IMG/VR virus record: IMGVR_UViG_3300048911_000054
Length of the DNA stretch: 43,120 nucleotides
Origin: a virus
Direction: 5' to 3' (one strand)
The position numbers were made by a program, and so were the translations under genes. The notes below the pieces were generated by a model. It did not search any database. It was not told the DNA's origin and was given only the letters and a program-made list of their open reading frames with translations. Every line of letters starts with the position of its first letter. Position 1 is the stretch's first letter. Below are positions 18,022 through 25,524 of the stretch, piece by piece.

Positions 18022-18096
18022 TGGCAAACCCCCGTGGATTCGAACCACGTCCGCACGGCTTTGGAGGCCGGCATGCAGCCATTACACCTGGAGCCT
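18022..18096 (-). tRNA. tRNA-Trp(CCA)
   Basis: Reverse complement AGGCTCCAGGTGTAATGGCTGCATGCCGGCCTCCAAAGCCGTGCGGACGTGGTTCGAATCCACGGGGGTTTGCCA. Perfect T-arm CGTGG-TTCGAAT-CCACG, anticodon loop CU-CCA-AA, acceptor stem with three G.U pairs, encoded CCA. Confidence 0.7.
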
Positions 18097-18182
18097 AAAT
18101 AGTTGCCCCATCACTGGGGCGGCAGACCGAGAAGGGAAACCGTGACGAAAACCCTGGCTGCGTGGATGATGTTACGGACCTG

Positions 18183-18659
18183 TCACTTAGTTTGCAATCC
18201 ATGACCGACACGCGCGATGAAGATTGCGTCTGCCACGGCCTGGCCCTTGCCTTTGAGGCCAAGCACCTTCAGCTCAGGGTACAGCTCAATTGCTGCAAGC
18301 CTGGCTGCGTCCTTGTCCTTGCCAATCAACCCGCACACTTTCTTCCAAGCCTGGGGCCGGACCTTTGTGTATGGAATCTCGAGAGCCTGCAGGACGCCCT
18401 CGATAACCCCGCACCCGTGACCGAACGTGAAAGCGTTGGTGGCGCCGTCCGTAGGCATTGGGCCCACATGTTCAACCGTGGCCGTATTGCGCTGGCCCTG
18501 ATACTCGCGCAGAAAGTCTGCGATCTGGCTGCCATCGATCCTGCTGCGCTTATCCGTGTCGGTTTTCAGCGCAGGCATTGGAATGTGCTTGTGCATCGTG
18601 CCGTCGTTGTTGAGGGCTACGATCGAGCCGGTGACGCCTGGGTCTATGCCGAAGATCAT
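18183..18659 (-). CDS. RuvC-like Holliday junction resolvase, 158 aa
   Basis: MIFGIDPGVTGSIVAL... (catalytic Asp motif) and ...AVADAIFIA near the C-terminus. Confidence 0.75.
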   Translation of the reverse strand: MIFGIDPGVTGSIVALNNDGTMHKHIPMPALKTDTDKRSRIDGSQIADFLREYQGQRNTATVEHVGPMPTDGATNAFTFGHGCGVIEGVLQALEIPYTKVRPQAWKKVCGLIGKDKDAARLAAIELYPELKVLGLKGKGQAVADAIFIARVGHGLQTK

Positions 18660-19126
18660 GACTGCTCTCCATTGCCCATGGCTGACAGGATGTCGTGTAG
18701 ATACCCTGTCGCCACACTTGGCTGCTTTCCTGCGGCATCACACAGCTTCTGCACAAAAGCTGTAGCGCTCTGCAGGCGTTCGGCATCCTTGCGCAGCGCC
18801 TCGTTCTCGGCCTTGAGCCGGTCGCGCTCGGCCCGCAGATCATCAGCCAACCTGCCTGAGGCGTCGGCTAGGTGATTGACGCCCCACTGCACCTTATCGA
18901 CCAGTCGCGCGGCGCTCAGGGTCACGGCGTTGTACCCGCCAGTGCCAAGAGTTGACGCTAGGGAGCGCATGCCATCCTCAAATGCCTCGTTCTCGGCGAT
19001 CAGGGCCAGGATCAACTTCGGTTCGCACGCATGCTCAAACTCTCTCCAGCGCGCAAGCATCTGCATGGTTGAGCCTGATCCATGGATAGACCCGGCCAGC
19101 CGCTTCAGTTCGGTGTAGTCGCTCAT
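18656..19126 (-). CDS. Ead/Ea22-like coiled-coil early protein, 156 aa
   Basis: LILALIAENEAFEDGM and RAERDRLKAENEALRKDAERL motifs. Confidence 0.55.
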   Translation of the reverse strand: MSDYTELKRLAGSIHGSGSTMQMLARWREFEHACEPKLILALIAENEAFEDGMRSLASTLGTGGYNAVTLSAARLVDKVQWGVNHLADASGRLADDLRAERDRLKAENEALRKDAERLQSATAFVQKLCDAAGKQPSVATGYLHDILSAMGNGEQS

Positions 19127-19302
19127 CCCATCACCACCATAATTGCCAGCACTACGACACCCATCACGACCGCGCAGCCGGCGGCGAAATGGCCAGTCAG
19201 TCGGATCATGTCACGCCCGGTTACTGCTTGGACCGGCGGATTTCCAGCTAGTCTCCGGATCCACTCTTCTTTAAGGTCGTCTCTGAACTCACGGTTTTCC
19301 AT
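19123..19302 (-). CDS. Small protein with C-terminal TM helix, 59 aa (below the ORF-track cutoff)
   Basis: Hand translation MENREFRDDLKEEWIRRLAGNPP...AAGCAVVMGVVVLAIMVVMG. SD AAGGAG. ATGA overlap with the next gene. Confidence 0.55.
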   Translation of the reverse strand: MENREFRDDLKEEWIRRLAGNPPVQAVTGRDMIRLTGHFAAGCAVVMGVVVLAIMVVMG

Positions 19303-19306
19303 GGTG

Positions 19307-19954
19307 TTACTCCTTTGTGTTGAGGCGTTTCAGCTCGTCGAGGCAGGCGTTCCAGCCTCCCGCATAAATGACTTGATTGCTCTCGCCGTAGTCGTCGGTC
19401 AATCGAACTGGTAACACCGCTACCGGCGCGGGCTGCTCGGCGTAGAGCTTTGTTCCGGTGGGCAATGATTGATCAAGCAAGTGGGCTTTCCTTTCAGTCA
19501 CTGGCACTGGCTGCTGAACACCAGGAATGGAACTTCCAAAAACCAGAAAATGACCGTAGTTGTGCGTCTGCTCTATTACTATCGCCACCGGCTCGCTCTG
19601 GGGCTGGGCGGCTGGTATGGTCCCCTCATCAGTGAGGGTACCATCGGGTTTGGCATCCAGCAGGGCGCGCAGATCTCGCTCAGTTGGCGAGCCAGGTCCG
19701 CGAGCCACCATCGTTGCCGATATCGCTCGTTCCAGCAGCTCACGCGGCACGCCGTCAATCGTTTGGTTGGTGGTCATGGCCTCAGGCCGAGCTAGCTCGG
19801 CGCACTCCTTGAGAATTTCCTCATACAGTCGCGCGCCTTCATCGGAAAGGCCGCTTTCTATCTGCTCGCTAGACGACATTTGCTTTGCCGAAACGCTTAG
19901 CGCATTCATCTCGTCGGCCAGCTTGCACAGCTTTTTGATTGAGCGGTTACTCAT
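19307..19954 (-). CDS. Hypothetical early protein, 215 aa
   Basis: ORF with SD GAGGTGA and a coding-like codon pattern. Confidence 0.6.
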   Translation of the reverse strand: MSNRSIKKLCKLADEMNALSVSAKQMSSSEQIESGLSDEGARLYEEILKECAELARPEAMTTNQTIDGVPRELLERAISATMVARGPGSPTERDLRALLDAKPDGTLTDEGTIPAAQPQSEPVAIVIEQTHNYGHFLVFGSSIPGVQQPVPVTERKAHLLDQSLPTGTKLYAEQPAPVAVLPVRLTDDYGESNQVIYAGGWNACLDELKRLNTKE

Positions 19955-20021
19955 AAATCACCTCAGCAAATCAGTTGAGCCAGTGCCAGCAGGCACCAGC
20001 TGTAGGCGGGGAGTTGGGATT

Positions 20022-20243
20022 TCATGGTGCGACCCATTTGAGCTTTTCAACCACCAGATGCGCGGCAGAATTCTTAGCGCCGCGCACGGTTCTGAAAAAC
20101 CTCGGCAACTCGATAAACTGTTTACCGAAGGTATCGAAGTCGCAGTCCAGGCAATAGAGCGTTGCCTTTCCAGGCTCAACGCACTCAGCTATGTACAGCC
20201 TTGAGCGCCCTGTGGTTGCCTCTAGAATCACGCGCTCACTCAT
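20022..20243 (-). CDS. Hypothetical protein, 73 aa
   Basis: Start set at ATG 20243 (MSERVILEATTG...), overlapping the upstream stop by 8 nt. Confidence 0.5.
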   Translation of the reverse strand: MSERVILEATTGRSRLYIAECVEPGKATLYCLDCDFDTFGKQFIELPRFFRTVRGAKNSAAHLVVEKLKWVAP

Positions 20244-20745
20244 CGCCACCACCCTCTGCCGGCTTGAGTGCGGCGCGGTCGATGCGCTCAATCTCAGCCA
20301 GGATCAGGGCGCCGGCCTTCACCAGCATTCGGCGCGGAGAACCAGGCTTCCACCAGCGTGGATGCCAAGGCCAGTACGAAGGTCTCAGGCAACCTTGAAC
20401 CTGCTGGGCCGGTACCGAGCCCTGTGCATAACCAGCGGCTGCGTATGCAATCTGCCCCAACGAATAATCGTCGTCGTCAACCGGTGATCGATTCTCTACG
20501 TCGATTTGGCGCAGACGCTCAAGATGAACATCACCCAGCGCAGAACCTGGACTCAGCACATCCGCCCGCTCATCCGCTGCGGTCAGTAGCACCTGTAGTG
20601 CGTCACGCTCGGCGGTTACACGGTCGAAGTCGGTGCCGAGGTTGTAGCGGACCGACTCTTCCCAAACATCGTCCTGGCACCATTCGCGCTCAGGATCATC
20701 TGACGGCGATAGGTAAATTACCGAATGCTCTTTCACTTCACTCAT
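20236..20745 (-). CDS. DUF550-type (MazZ-like) dNTP pyrophosphohydrolase family protein, 169 aa
   Basis: C-terminal WPWHPRWWKPGSPRRMLVKAGALILAEIERIDR matches my recollection of the DUF550 signature. Confidence 0.6.
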   Translation of the reverse strand: MSEVKEHSVIYLSPSDDPEREWCQDDVWEESVRYNLGTDFDRVTAERDALQVLLTAADERADVLSPGSALGDVHLERLRQIDVENRSPVDDDDYSLGQIAYAAAGYAQGSVPAQQVQGCLRPSYWPWHPRWWKPGSPRRMLVKAGALILAEIERIDRAALKPAEGGGDE

Positions 20746-21211
20746 GACCCACCTCCCCAGCTTTGGCGCGGGACTGGGCGCAGGCGAGCCAGCCGCCCCA
20801 TGCCGCCTGATGGTATTCCTGGCGATAGCACCCAGCAGAGTCGCGATACAGATCAGGCTCTCCGAATCCAGCTTCTTCCGAAGCTTCGATCATTGAGTCT
20901 TCAAACAGCTGCCGCTCCTTAGCCTCGTCGTAGATGGGTTGCGGCGGGGTTTGGGCGGCTTTCAGTTGACCGCCAATGTCCAGAAGCATCATGCACAGGT
21001 TAGCCACGTCAGCCGCGTATTCGCGTACATCTTCCGGGTTCATGTCTGTCATGGCCTTGGATAGTTTTGAGACGTGATACTCAATCTCGCCCAGCGCCTG
21101 TTCCTCGGTCATCTTCAACCAGCCTTCGCGGTCACCCTTGTGGGAGTTGGCGTTCAGTTCCTTTTCCATCAGCGCCACGAACGGGCGCAGCACTTCAGCG
21201 TATTTGCTCAC
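20738..21211 (-). CDS. MazG-like all-alpha NTP pyrophosphohydrolase domain protein, 157 aa
   Basis: GTG start with SD GAGGA. KELNANSHKGDREGW...EIEYHVSKL...EYAADVANLCMMLLD. Confidence 0.5.
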   Translation of the reverse strand: MSKYAEVLRPFVALMEKELNANSHKGDREGWLKMTEEQALGEIEYHVSKLSKAMTDMNPEDVREYAADVANLCMMLLDIGGQLKAAQTPPQPIYDEAKERQLFEDSMIEASEEAGFGEPDLYRDSAGCYRQEYHQAAWGGWLACAQSRAKAGEVGHE

Positions 21212-21214
21212 GGT

Positions 21215-21391
21215 TTAATCCTCATTCGGTACGGCAGTGCCCCAGGCATCGCACTTTGGGCAATCGCCGTGGCGCGCACGCCAGACGGTTGCATCGGTCT
21301 TGCATTTGCAGTTGCTGCACTCGACTTGCACTGGTTCGTCTGGCGGGTCTTGCAGCGGGCCACCCACATAAACAGCGTTTGTTGGCTTCAT
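21215..21391 (-). CDS. Zinc-ribbon protein, 58 aa (below the ORF-track cutoff)
   Basis: Hand translation MKPTNAVYVGGPLQDPPDEPVQVECSNCKCKTDATVWRARHGDCPKCDAWGTAVPNED (CxxC...CxxC). Confidence 0.55.
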   Translation of the reverse strand: MKPTNAVYVGGPLQDPPDEPVQVECSNCKCKTDATVWRARHGDCPKCDAWGTAVPNED

Positions 21392-21463
21392 CTCACACCG
21401 CCATTGTCATGATGATTACGAGGGCCAGGAGACTGACCATAAGGTCGTACTTCGTCGGGCCTT

Positions 21464-21601
21464 TCACAGCGACACCTTCGCGCGCCACATACCGTTCACG
21501 CGCACCGGCTGACGAACCCACACCACGGAGGCGAAGTCATCGCAGCCGAGGCCAAGAATTGCTTTGATCAATCCGGTGAAGTCTTTTGCGATGATATTCA
21601 T
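21464..21601 (-). CDS. Hypothetical small protein, 45 aa (below the ORF-track cutoff)
   Basis: Hand translation MNIIAKDFTGLIKAILGLGCDDFASVVWVRQPVRVNGMWRAKVSL with a perfect SD GGAGG. Confidence 0.5.
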   Translation of the reverse strand: MNIIAKDFTGLIKAILGLGCDDFASVVWVRQPVRVNGMWRAKVSL

Positions 21602-21622
21602 GGTCGCCTCCAGGGTGGCGGG

Positions 21623-21916
21623 TTAAATGGTGACTGCTCTGATTTCGGCTTCTTTGTCAGAAAGGAGCTTCGTGAACGTTTCCTGCATCCGCGGGCACGG
21701 CTGAAACTTCTGGCAAGCGATGCCTTCGCACGATGGGCCGCGACTCTGTCCGTTCACGTTTTTCTCTGCCGGACACTCGCGGGACTTCATCCAAAAGTGG
21801 CAGTTGCCGCATTTGGGCCGTGCCTCATTTTGAATTCGGGCGCGCTCCCTTTTCAGGTAGGCCAGGTGGCCTGCCTTTCCGAGCGCATCAATGAGCTTGT
21901 CGAATTGCTCGTGCAT
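21623..21916 (-). CDS. Cys-rich (zinc-finger-like) protein, 97 aa
   Basis: CGNCHFWMKSRECP...CEGIACQKFQPC. Confidence 0.55.
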   Translation of the reverse strand: MHEQFDKLIDALGKAGHLAYLKRERARIQNEARPKCGNCHFWMKSRECPAEKNVNGQSRGPSCEGIACQKFQPCPRMQETFTKLLSDKEAEIRAVTI

Positions 21917-21937
21917 GGCGACCTCCAGTTTTTGGGG

Positions 21938-22171
21938 TTAGGCGGAACGGGCGGCCAGCATGGTGTCGGCCATCTGGTAAGCGGTGCCTGCCGCGCATGC
22001 GCCGTCTTCGCCAGTGATAGGCCAGTTGTTAGCAATCATTGCCTGCATGGCCTTGGCCGCGAAGTAGTCGCGCAGGCTCATGCCGAGAAACGCATCAGGG
22101 TTCGAATCTCCGAAGCGAGCTTTTGCAGCCTCGGGAGCCGGGTAGGCGGGGCCGCCATCGTCTTTACTCAT
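21938..22171 (-). CDS. Hypothetical early protein, 77 aa
   Basis: Start set at ATG 22171 (SD GGAGAG). GMSLRDYFAAKAMQAMI is a motif common in small phage proteins. Confidence 0.55.
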   Translation of the reverse strand: MSKDDGGPAYPAPEAAKARFGDSNPDAFLGMSLRDYFAAKAMQAMIANNWPITGEDGACAAGTAYQMADTMLAARSA

Positions 22172-22199
22172 GACTCTCTCCATTCGTTGGTTCGCCCGG

Positions 22200-22517
22200 T
22201 TAGGCGGAAGGTTTCAATTCTGCTGCTGCGACAACCAAGCCCACTGCCGATATCTGCGCCCGGTACGCGCGGTACGTCTGCCAGTCAAGCTGATCGTGCA
22301 TTGCCAGGGCGTCTACGATCCCCTTGGCGCGCTCCAGGAGGCTCCAGGCAATCAGGTTGTACTTGGGGTCTTTGGCGTGGGCCAGAGTTGTGTCGAACAT
22401 CTCCTGGCACTGCGGGTTCATCACCCGGACCTGCGATTCCACTTCCACATGCGGCAGCTGGATCAGCTTCTGATCAAGCCATTCCTCTGCCTTCTCACGT
22501 TTCGATTTCTCGTTCAC
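22200..22517 (-). CDS. First gene of the early-left operon, hypothetical, 105 aa
   Basis: GTG start with SD AGGAGA. No HTH recognised. Confidence 0.55.
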   Translation of the reverse strand: MNEKSKREKAEEWLDQKLIQLPHVEVESQVRVMNPQCQEMFDTTLAHAKDPKYNLIAWSLLERAKGIVDALAMHDQLDWQTYRAYRAQISAVGLVVAAAELKPSA

Positions 22518-22562
22518 GGTTTGGATCTCCTGTGCCTGGCGGCGTGCCTTGGCTTGAGACGA

Positions 22563-22591
22563 ACTGTAGAGCCGAAATATTGCGCTGTCAA
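22563..22591 (-). promoter_or_regulatory. Candidate leftward early promoter PL
   Basis: Minus-sense TTGACA, 17 nt spacer, TACAGT. Confidence 0.55.
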
Positions 22592-22603
22592 ATAAATTAT
22601 TGC

Positions 22604-22632
22604 TTGATTGATTACAATGGTTGCACTACATT
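22604..22632 (+). promoter_or_regulatory. Candidate rightward early promoter PR
   Basis: TTGATT, 17 nt spacer, TACATT, about 30 nt upstream of the Cro-like start. Confidence 0.5.
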
Positions 22633-22638
22633 TGCAAC
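22620..22638. promoter_or_regulatory. Candidate operator, inverted repeat GTTGCA-N7-TGCAAC overlapping the PR -10
   Basis: Perfect 6-bp half-sites read in the sequence. Confidence 0.5.
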
Positions 22639-22661
22639 ACAACCAAACCGGAGTCACAACG

Positions 22662-22865
22662 ATGAATCTTGCAAAATCGATCAAGCGAGCCCTGATCAAC
22701 GCGAACATGACTCAGCGATCGCTGGCAAAAAATCTGAAGACAACGCCGGCGCACATGAGCCGCCTGGCGAATGGTAAAGCTCACATGAATACGCTCGTTC
22801 TCGGGAAGGTTGCATCCTTCTTTGACATGAAGGTCAGCGAGTTTGTAGCGCTAGGGGAGGACTGA
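22662..22865 (+). CDS. Cro/XRE-family HTH regulator, 67 aa
   Basis: MNLAKSIKRALINANMTQRSLAKNLKTTPAHMSRLANGK (HTH). Start at ATG 22662 with SD GGAG. Confidence 0.75.
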   Translation: MNLAKSIKRALINANMTQRSLAKNLKTTPAHMSRLANGKAHMNTLVLGKVASFFDMKVSEFVALGED

Positions 22866-22867
22866 TC

Positions 22868-23098
22868 ATGCCGCTCATTGAAGACATCCACCGCGCCATT
22901 GCAGCGCATGAGATCGCCTGCCCATGCAGCAGGATCAAGCCGACCGTATACCTGGGCGAAGCGCAGATGAGTGCCATAAAGGCGCTGATGTCCATCGTGT
23001 CGACGTATCCAATCGAGAAGAACGAAGTAGGCGGCGACATGTTCATGGGTATGCCCATGGTCCAGGTCAAGTCTGCGGACTACCTGAGGGTCGCCTGA
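22868..23098 (+). CDS. Hypothetical protein, 76 aa
   Basis: Tightly packed ORF in the early-right operon. Confidence 0.5.
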   Translation: MPLIEDIHRAIAAHEIACPCSRIKPTVYLGEAQMSAIKALMSIVSTYPIEKNEVGGDMFMGMPMVQVKSADYLRVA

Positions 23099-23099
23099 C

Positions 23100-23315
23100 A
23101 TGTCCAATAAAAAGCACTTCACCCATAAATGGTCAGCCGGCATCACCGTCGAGGTTACGGAGGGTGGTTATCTTGTGATCACTCAACCTGAAAAGGACGA
23201 TGAACTGCAATTTTTGTTGACCCCGGACCAGTCTTTGCGGCTTGCCAACTACATCAAGGACAACCTTAAGGAGCAGCGCTCCAAATGGGGTTCTGGTGAA
23301 TCAGGAGATAAGTGA
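23100..23315 (+). CDS. Hypothetical protein, 71 aa
   Basis: Tightly packed ORF. Confidence 0.5.
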   Translation: MSNKKHFTHKWSAGITVEVTEGGYLVITQPEKDDELQFLLTPDQSLRLANYIKDNLKEQRSKWGSGESGDK

Positions 23316-23316
23316 C

Positions 23317-24132
23317 ATGGCCGCGCTTCCGTACATGCAACTGTACGTGGCTGATTATTTGGCAGACACGCCGCACCTAACTACGGAAGAGCATGGTGCC
23401 TATTTGTTGCTGCTGTTCAGCTACTGGCAGACTGGGAAACCGTTGCGGGTTGATCGGCTTTCCTCTTCTGCACGTCTTAGCAACGAACGCTGGACGGACG
23501 TTAAGCGAACGTTGAAAGAGTTCTTTAAGGAGGTTGATGGGGTGTGGATTCACCCAAGAGTTGAAAAAGACCTTGAAAAGGTTGCTGCGAAATCAGGAAA
23601 GAACAGCGAAGCCGGTAAGGCATCTGCAGCAGCGAGAGCCCTTGCAAAACAACAACTTGAGGCTTTGGCGTCAGAAGAGAATTCAACGAACGTTACAACG
23701 TCCGTTGAACGAACGCTGAACGAACGCTCAACCACGCGCGATGCTTCAACCATAGAAGATACAGATACAGATACAGATAAAAATCAAAAACCCTTGTCGT
23801 CTGGCGAGCCAAACGACGAAATCAGGAAGTCGAAGCTCAGCTACTCGCAAATCCAAAAGGCCTACAACGACACCTGTGGTCACGTCCTGGCCAAGTGCAT
23901 CGCAATGCCAGAACGTAGGAAGGCAAAAATCAGATCCATGTGCGCACTCGTCGTGAATGACGCTAGGCCGTTCAGAGACTTCGGGATCGAGTTCTGGATT
24001 GCCTACTTCAACGACGCATTGCAGAACCCATGGAACACCGGAAGCAATGACAGGGGCTGGCGAGCAGAGTTCGACTACCTGGTCAACCCTACCAACGCTC
24101 TGAAGATTCTGGAGAAGACCCATGGAGCATGA
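23317..24132 (+). CDS. DUF1376-type replication initiation / helicase-loading protein, 271 aa
   Basis: MAALPYMQLYVADYLADTPHLTTEEHGAYLLLLFSYWQTGKPL (DUF1376 signature). Directly upstream of dnaB, overlapping it. Confidence 0.7.
   Translation: MAALPYMQLYVADYLADTPHLTTEEHGAYLLLLFSYWQTGKPLRVDRLSSSARLSNERWTDVKRTLKEFFKEVDGVWIHPRVEKDLEKVAAKSGKNSEAGKASAAARALAKQQLEALASEENSTNVTTSVERTLNERSTTRDASTIEDTDTDTDKNQKPLSSGEPNDEIRKSKLSYSQIQKAYNDTCGHVLAKCIAMPERRKAKIRSMCALVVNDARPFRDFGIEFWIAYFNDALQNPWNTGSNDRGWRAEFDYLVNPTNALKILEKTHGA
23482..23728. repeat. Five copies of AACGAACG(C/T)T-like iterons, two of them in 11-bp tandem; candidate replication origin inside the initiator gene
   Basis: Copies at 23482, 23504 (AGCGAACGTT), 23685, 23708 and 23719. 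GAACGAACGCT is repeated in tandem at 23707-23728. Confidence 0.45.
23758..23778 (+). repeat. Hexanucleotide microsatellite (GATACA)x3+GAT encoding DTDTDTD
   Basis: gatacagatacagatacagat read directly. Confidence 0.9.
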
Positions 24133-25522
24133 ACGCCCGCTGTATTCAATCGAGGCTGAGCATGGAGTGCTGGGGGCCTTGATGCTGAAACCTGAGTTGG
24201 CCGAGAAGATCGGTTCGTTCCTTCAGCCGATCCACTTCAGCAATGACGACAACGCAACCCTGTACATGATGATCCTTGCAGAGCGTAGCAAGGGCCGTTC
24301 ACCTGACCCCATCACCCTGCACGACTACCGACCTGAATTGCCAAGCGGCGCCATGACCATTGCTTACGCAGCGGACATCCAGCGCAACGTTCCAAGCGCA
24401 GCCAACGGTGTTCGATATGCGAAGGTCATCCATGAGCGCTACAAGGCCCGCCAGCTTCAGGAGGCCGCATTCTCGATCAGCGAGATAGCCACCACCACGG
24501 GCAGCATCGCTGAACAGGTTGCGGCTGCTCAATCTTTGCTGATGAGCCTGGCCGCCGAAGATGACAGGCCAGACGTGGTAACCATGGGCTCCCTGTTGCA
24601 ACCGATTATCGACAGGATCGACAACCACCACGCCCGGGACCGTAACCAGCCCGCGGTGATTGAAGGTGTTCGGTTTGGACTCAAGCCAATTGACGACCTG
24701 ATCAAGAGCATGCGCCCTGGGAACATGGTGGTGGTTGCCGGGCGCCCAGGTACAGGAAAGACCGTGTTGGGTCTCAACGCTGCCGACAACGTGGCCATGG
24801 TCGAGAAGAAGGGCGTTCTGGTGTTCTCGCTGGAAATGGAAGGCAACGAGCTGGCCCGGCGTGCAATGTCGGCAACCAGCGGGGTTCTACAGGACACACT
24901 GGATTGCACGCGCGATACCGTAGACGACGACTGGCCAAAGCTGACATCTGCCGTGGGCGCTCTAGCGAATGCCGATTACCGTCTCTGCGAGAAACCAGGT
25001 TTGCCATTCAGCCGGATCTGTTCCATTGCACGATACCAGCACCGAGTTCAACCGCTGTCGCTGATCGTGATCGATTACATCGGCCTGGTCACGCCAGAGC
25101 CAGGAAGCAAGCTTTTCAACCGAGCCGCAGAGCTTGGAGTTGTATCGAGGGGGATCAAGGCTCTGGCAAAGGAGCTGAAGCTTCCCATAATCGTGCTGGC
25201 GCAACTTAACAGGGGCATTGAGGGCAGAGCCATCAAGACGCCTCAAATGTCCGACCTGCGCGATTGTGGGGACATTGAGCAGGATGCAGACATAATCATA
25301 TTCGCCCACCGGGACGAATCTACGGACGAAGGACGCAACGGCATAACCGATATCTACGTGCCCAAGGTCAGGCACGGCAAGACCGGGCACTGCCAGCTCC
25401 AGTTCCACGGCGAGATCGCGAAGTTCTCGCCAGCGAAAATGAAGTACTACGGCGACACCGAGGAAAAACCAGCAAAAAGGCAAACCACCAGCGACTGGAC
25501 CAAGCGCCAGTCAGGAGAATAA
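24122..25522 (+). CDS. dnaB: Replicative DNA helicase DnaB, 466 aa
   Basis: LYSIEAEHGVLGALML, Walker A GRPGTGKT, LIVIDYIGL, and the arginine-finger region QLNRGIEGR. Confidence 0.9.
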   Translation: MEHERPLYSIEAEHGVLGALMLKPELAEKIGSFLQPIHFSNDDNATLYMMILAERSKGRSPDPITLHDYRPELPSGAMTIAYAADIQRNVPSAANGVRYAKVIHERYKARQLQEAAFSISEIATTTGSIAEQVAAAQSLLMSLAAEDDRPDVVTMGSLLQPIIDRIDNHHARDRNQPAVIEGVRFGLKPIDDLIKSMRPGNMVVVAGRPGTGKTVLGLNAADNVAMVEKKGVLVFSLEMEGNELARRAMSATSGVLQDTLDCTRDTVDDDWPKLTSAVGALANADYRLCEKPGLPFSRICSIARYQHRVQPLSLIVIDYIGLVTPEPGSKLFNRAAELGVVSRGIKALAKELKLPIIVLAQLNRGIEGRAIKTPQMSDLRDCGDIEQDADIIIFAHRDESTDEGRNGITDIYVPKVRHGKTGHCQLQFHGEIAKFSPAKMKYYGDTEEKPAKRQTTSDWTKRQSGE

Positions 25523-25524
25523 CC

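Noticed and set aside
17816-18082. 88-aa minus ORF and 119-aa plus ORFs over the tRNA region
   Set aside because: They overlap both tRNA genes and show no SD or protein-like composition.
17898-18096. tRNA genes as an attP integration site
   Set aside because: Both tRNAs are full length rather than 3' fragments, and no integrase is encoded.
21797-22777. 326-aa plus-strand ORF crossing the divergent promoter region
   Set aside because: It runs through three minus-strand genes, both promoters and the Cro-like gene in another frame. Arg/Pro/Ser-rich shadow ORF.
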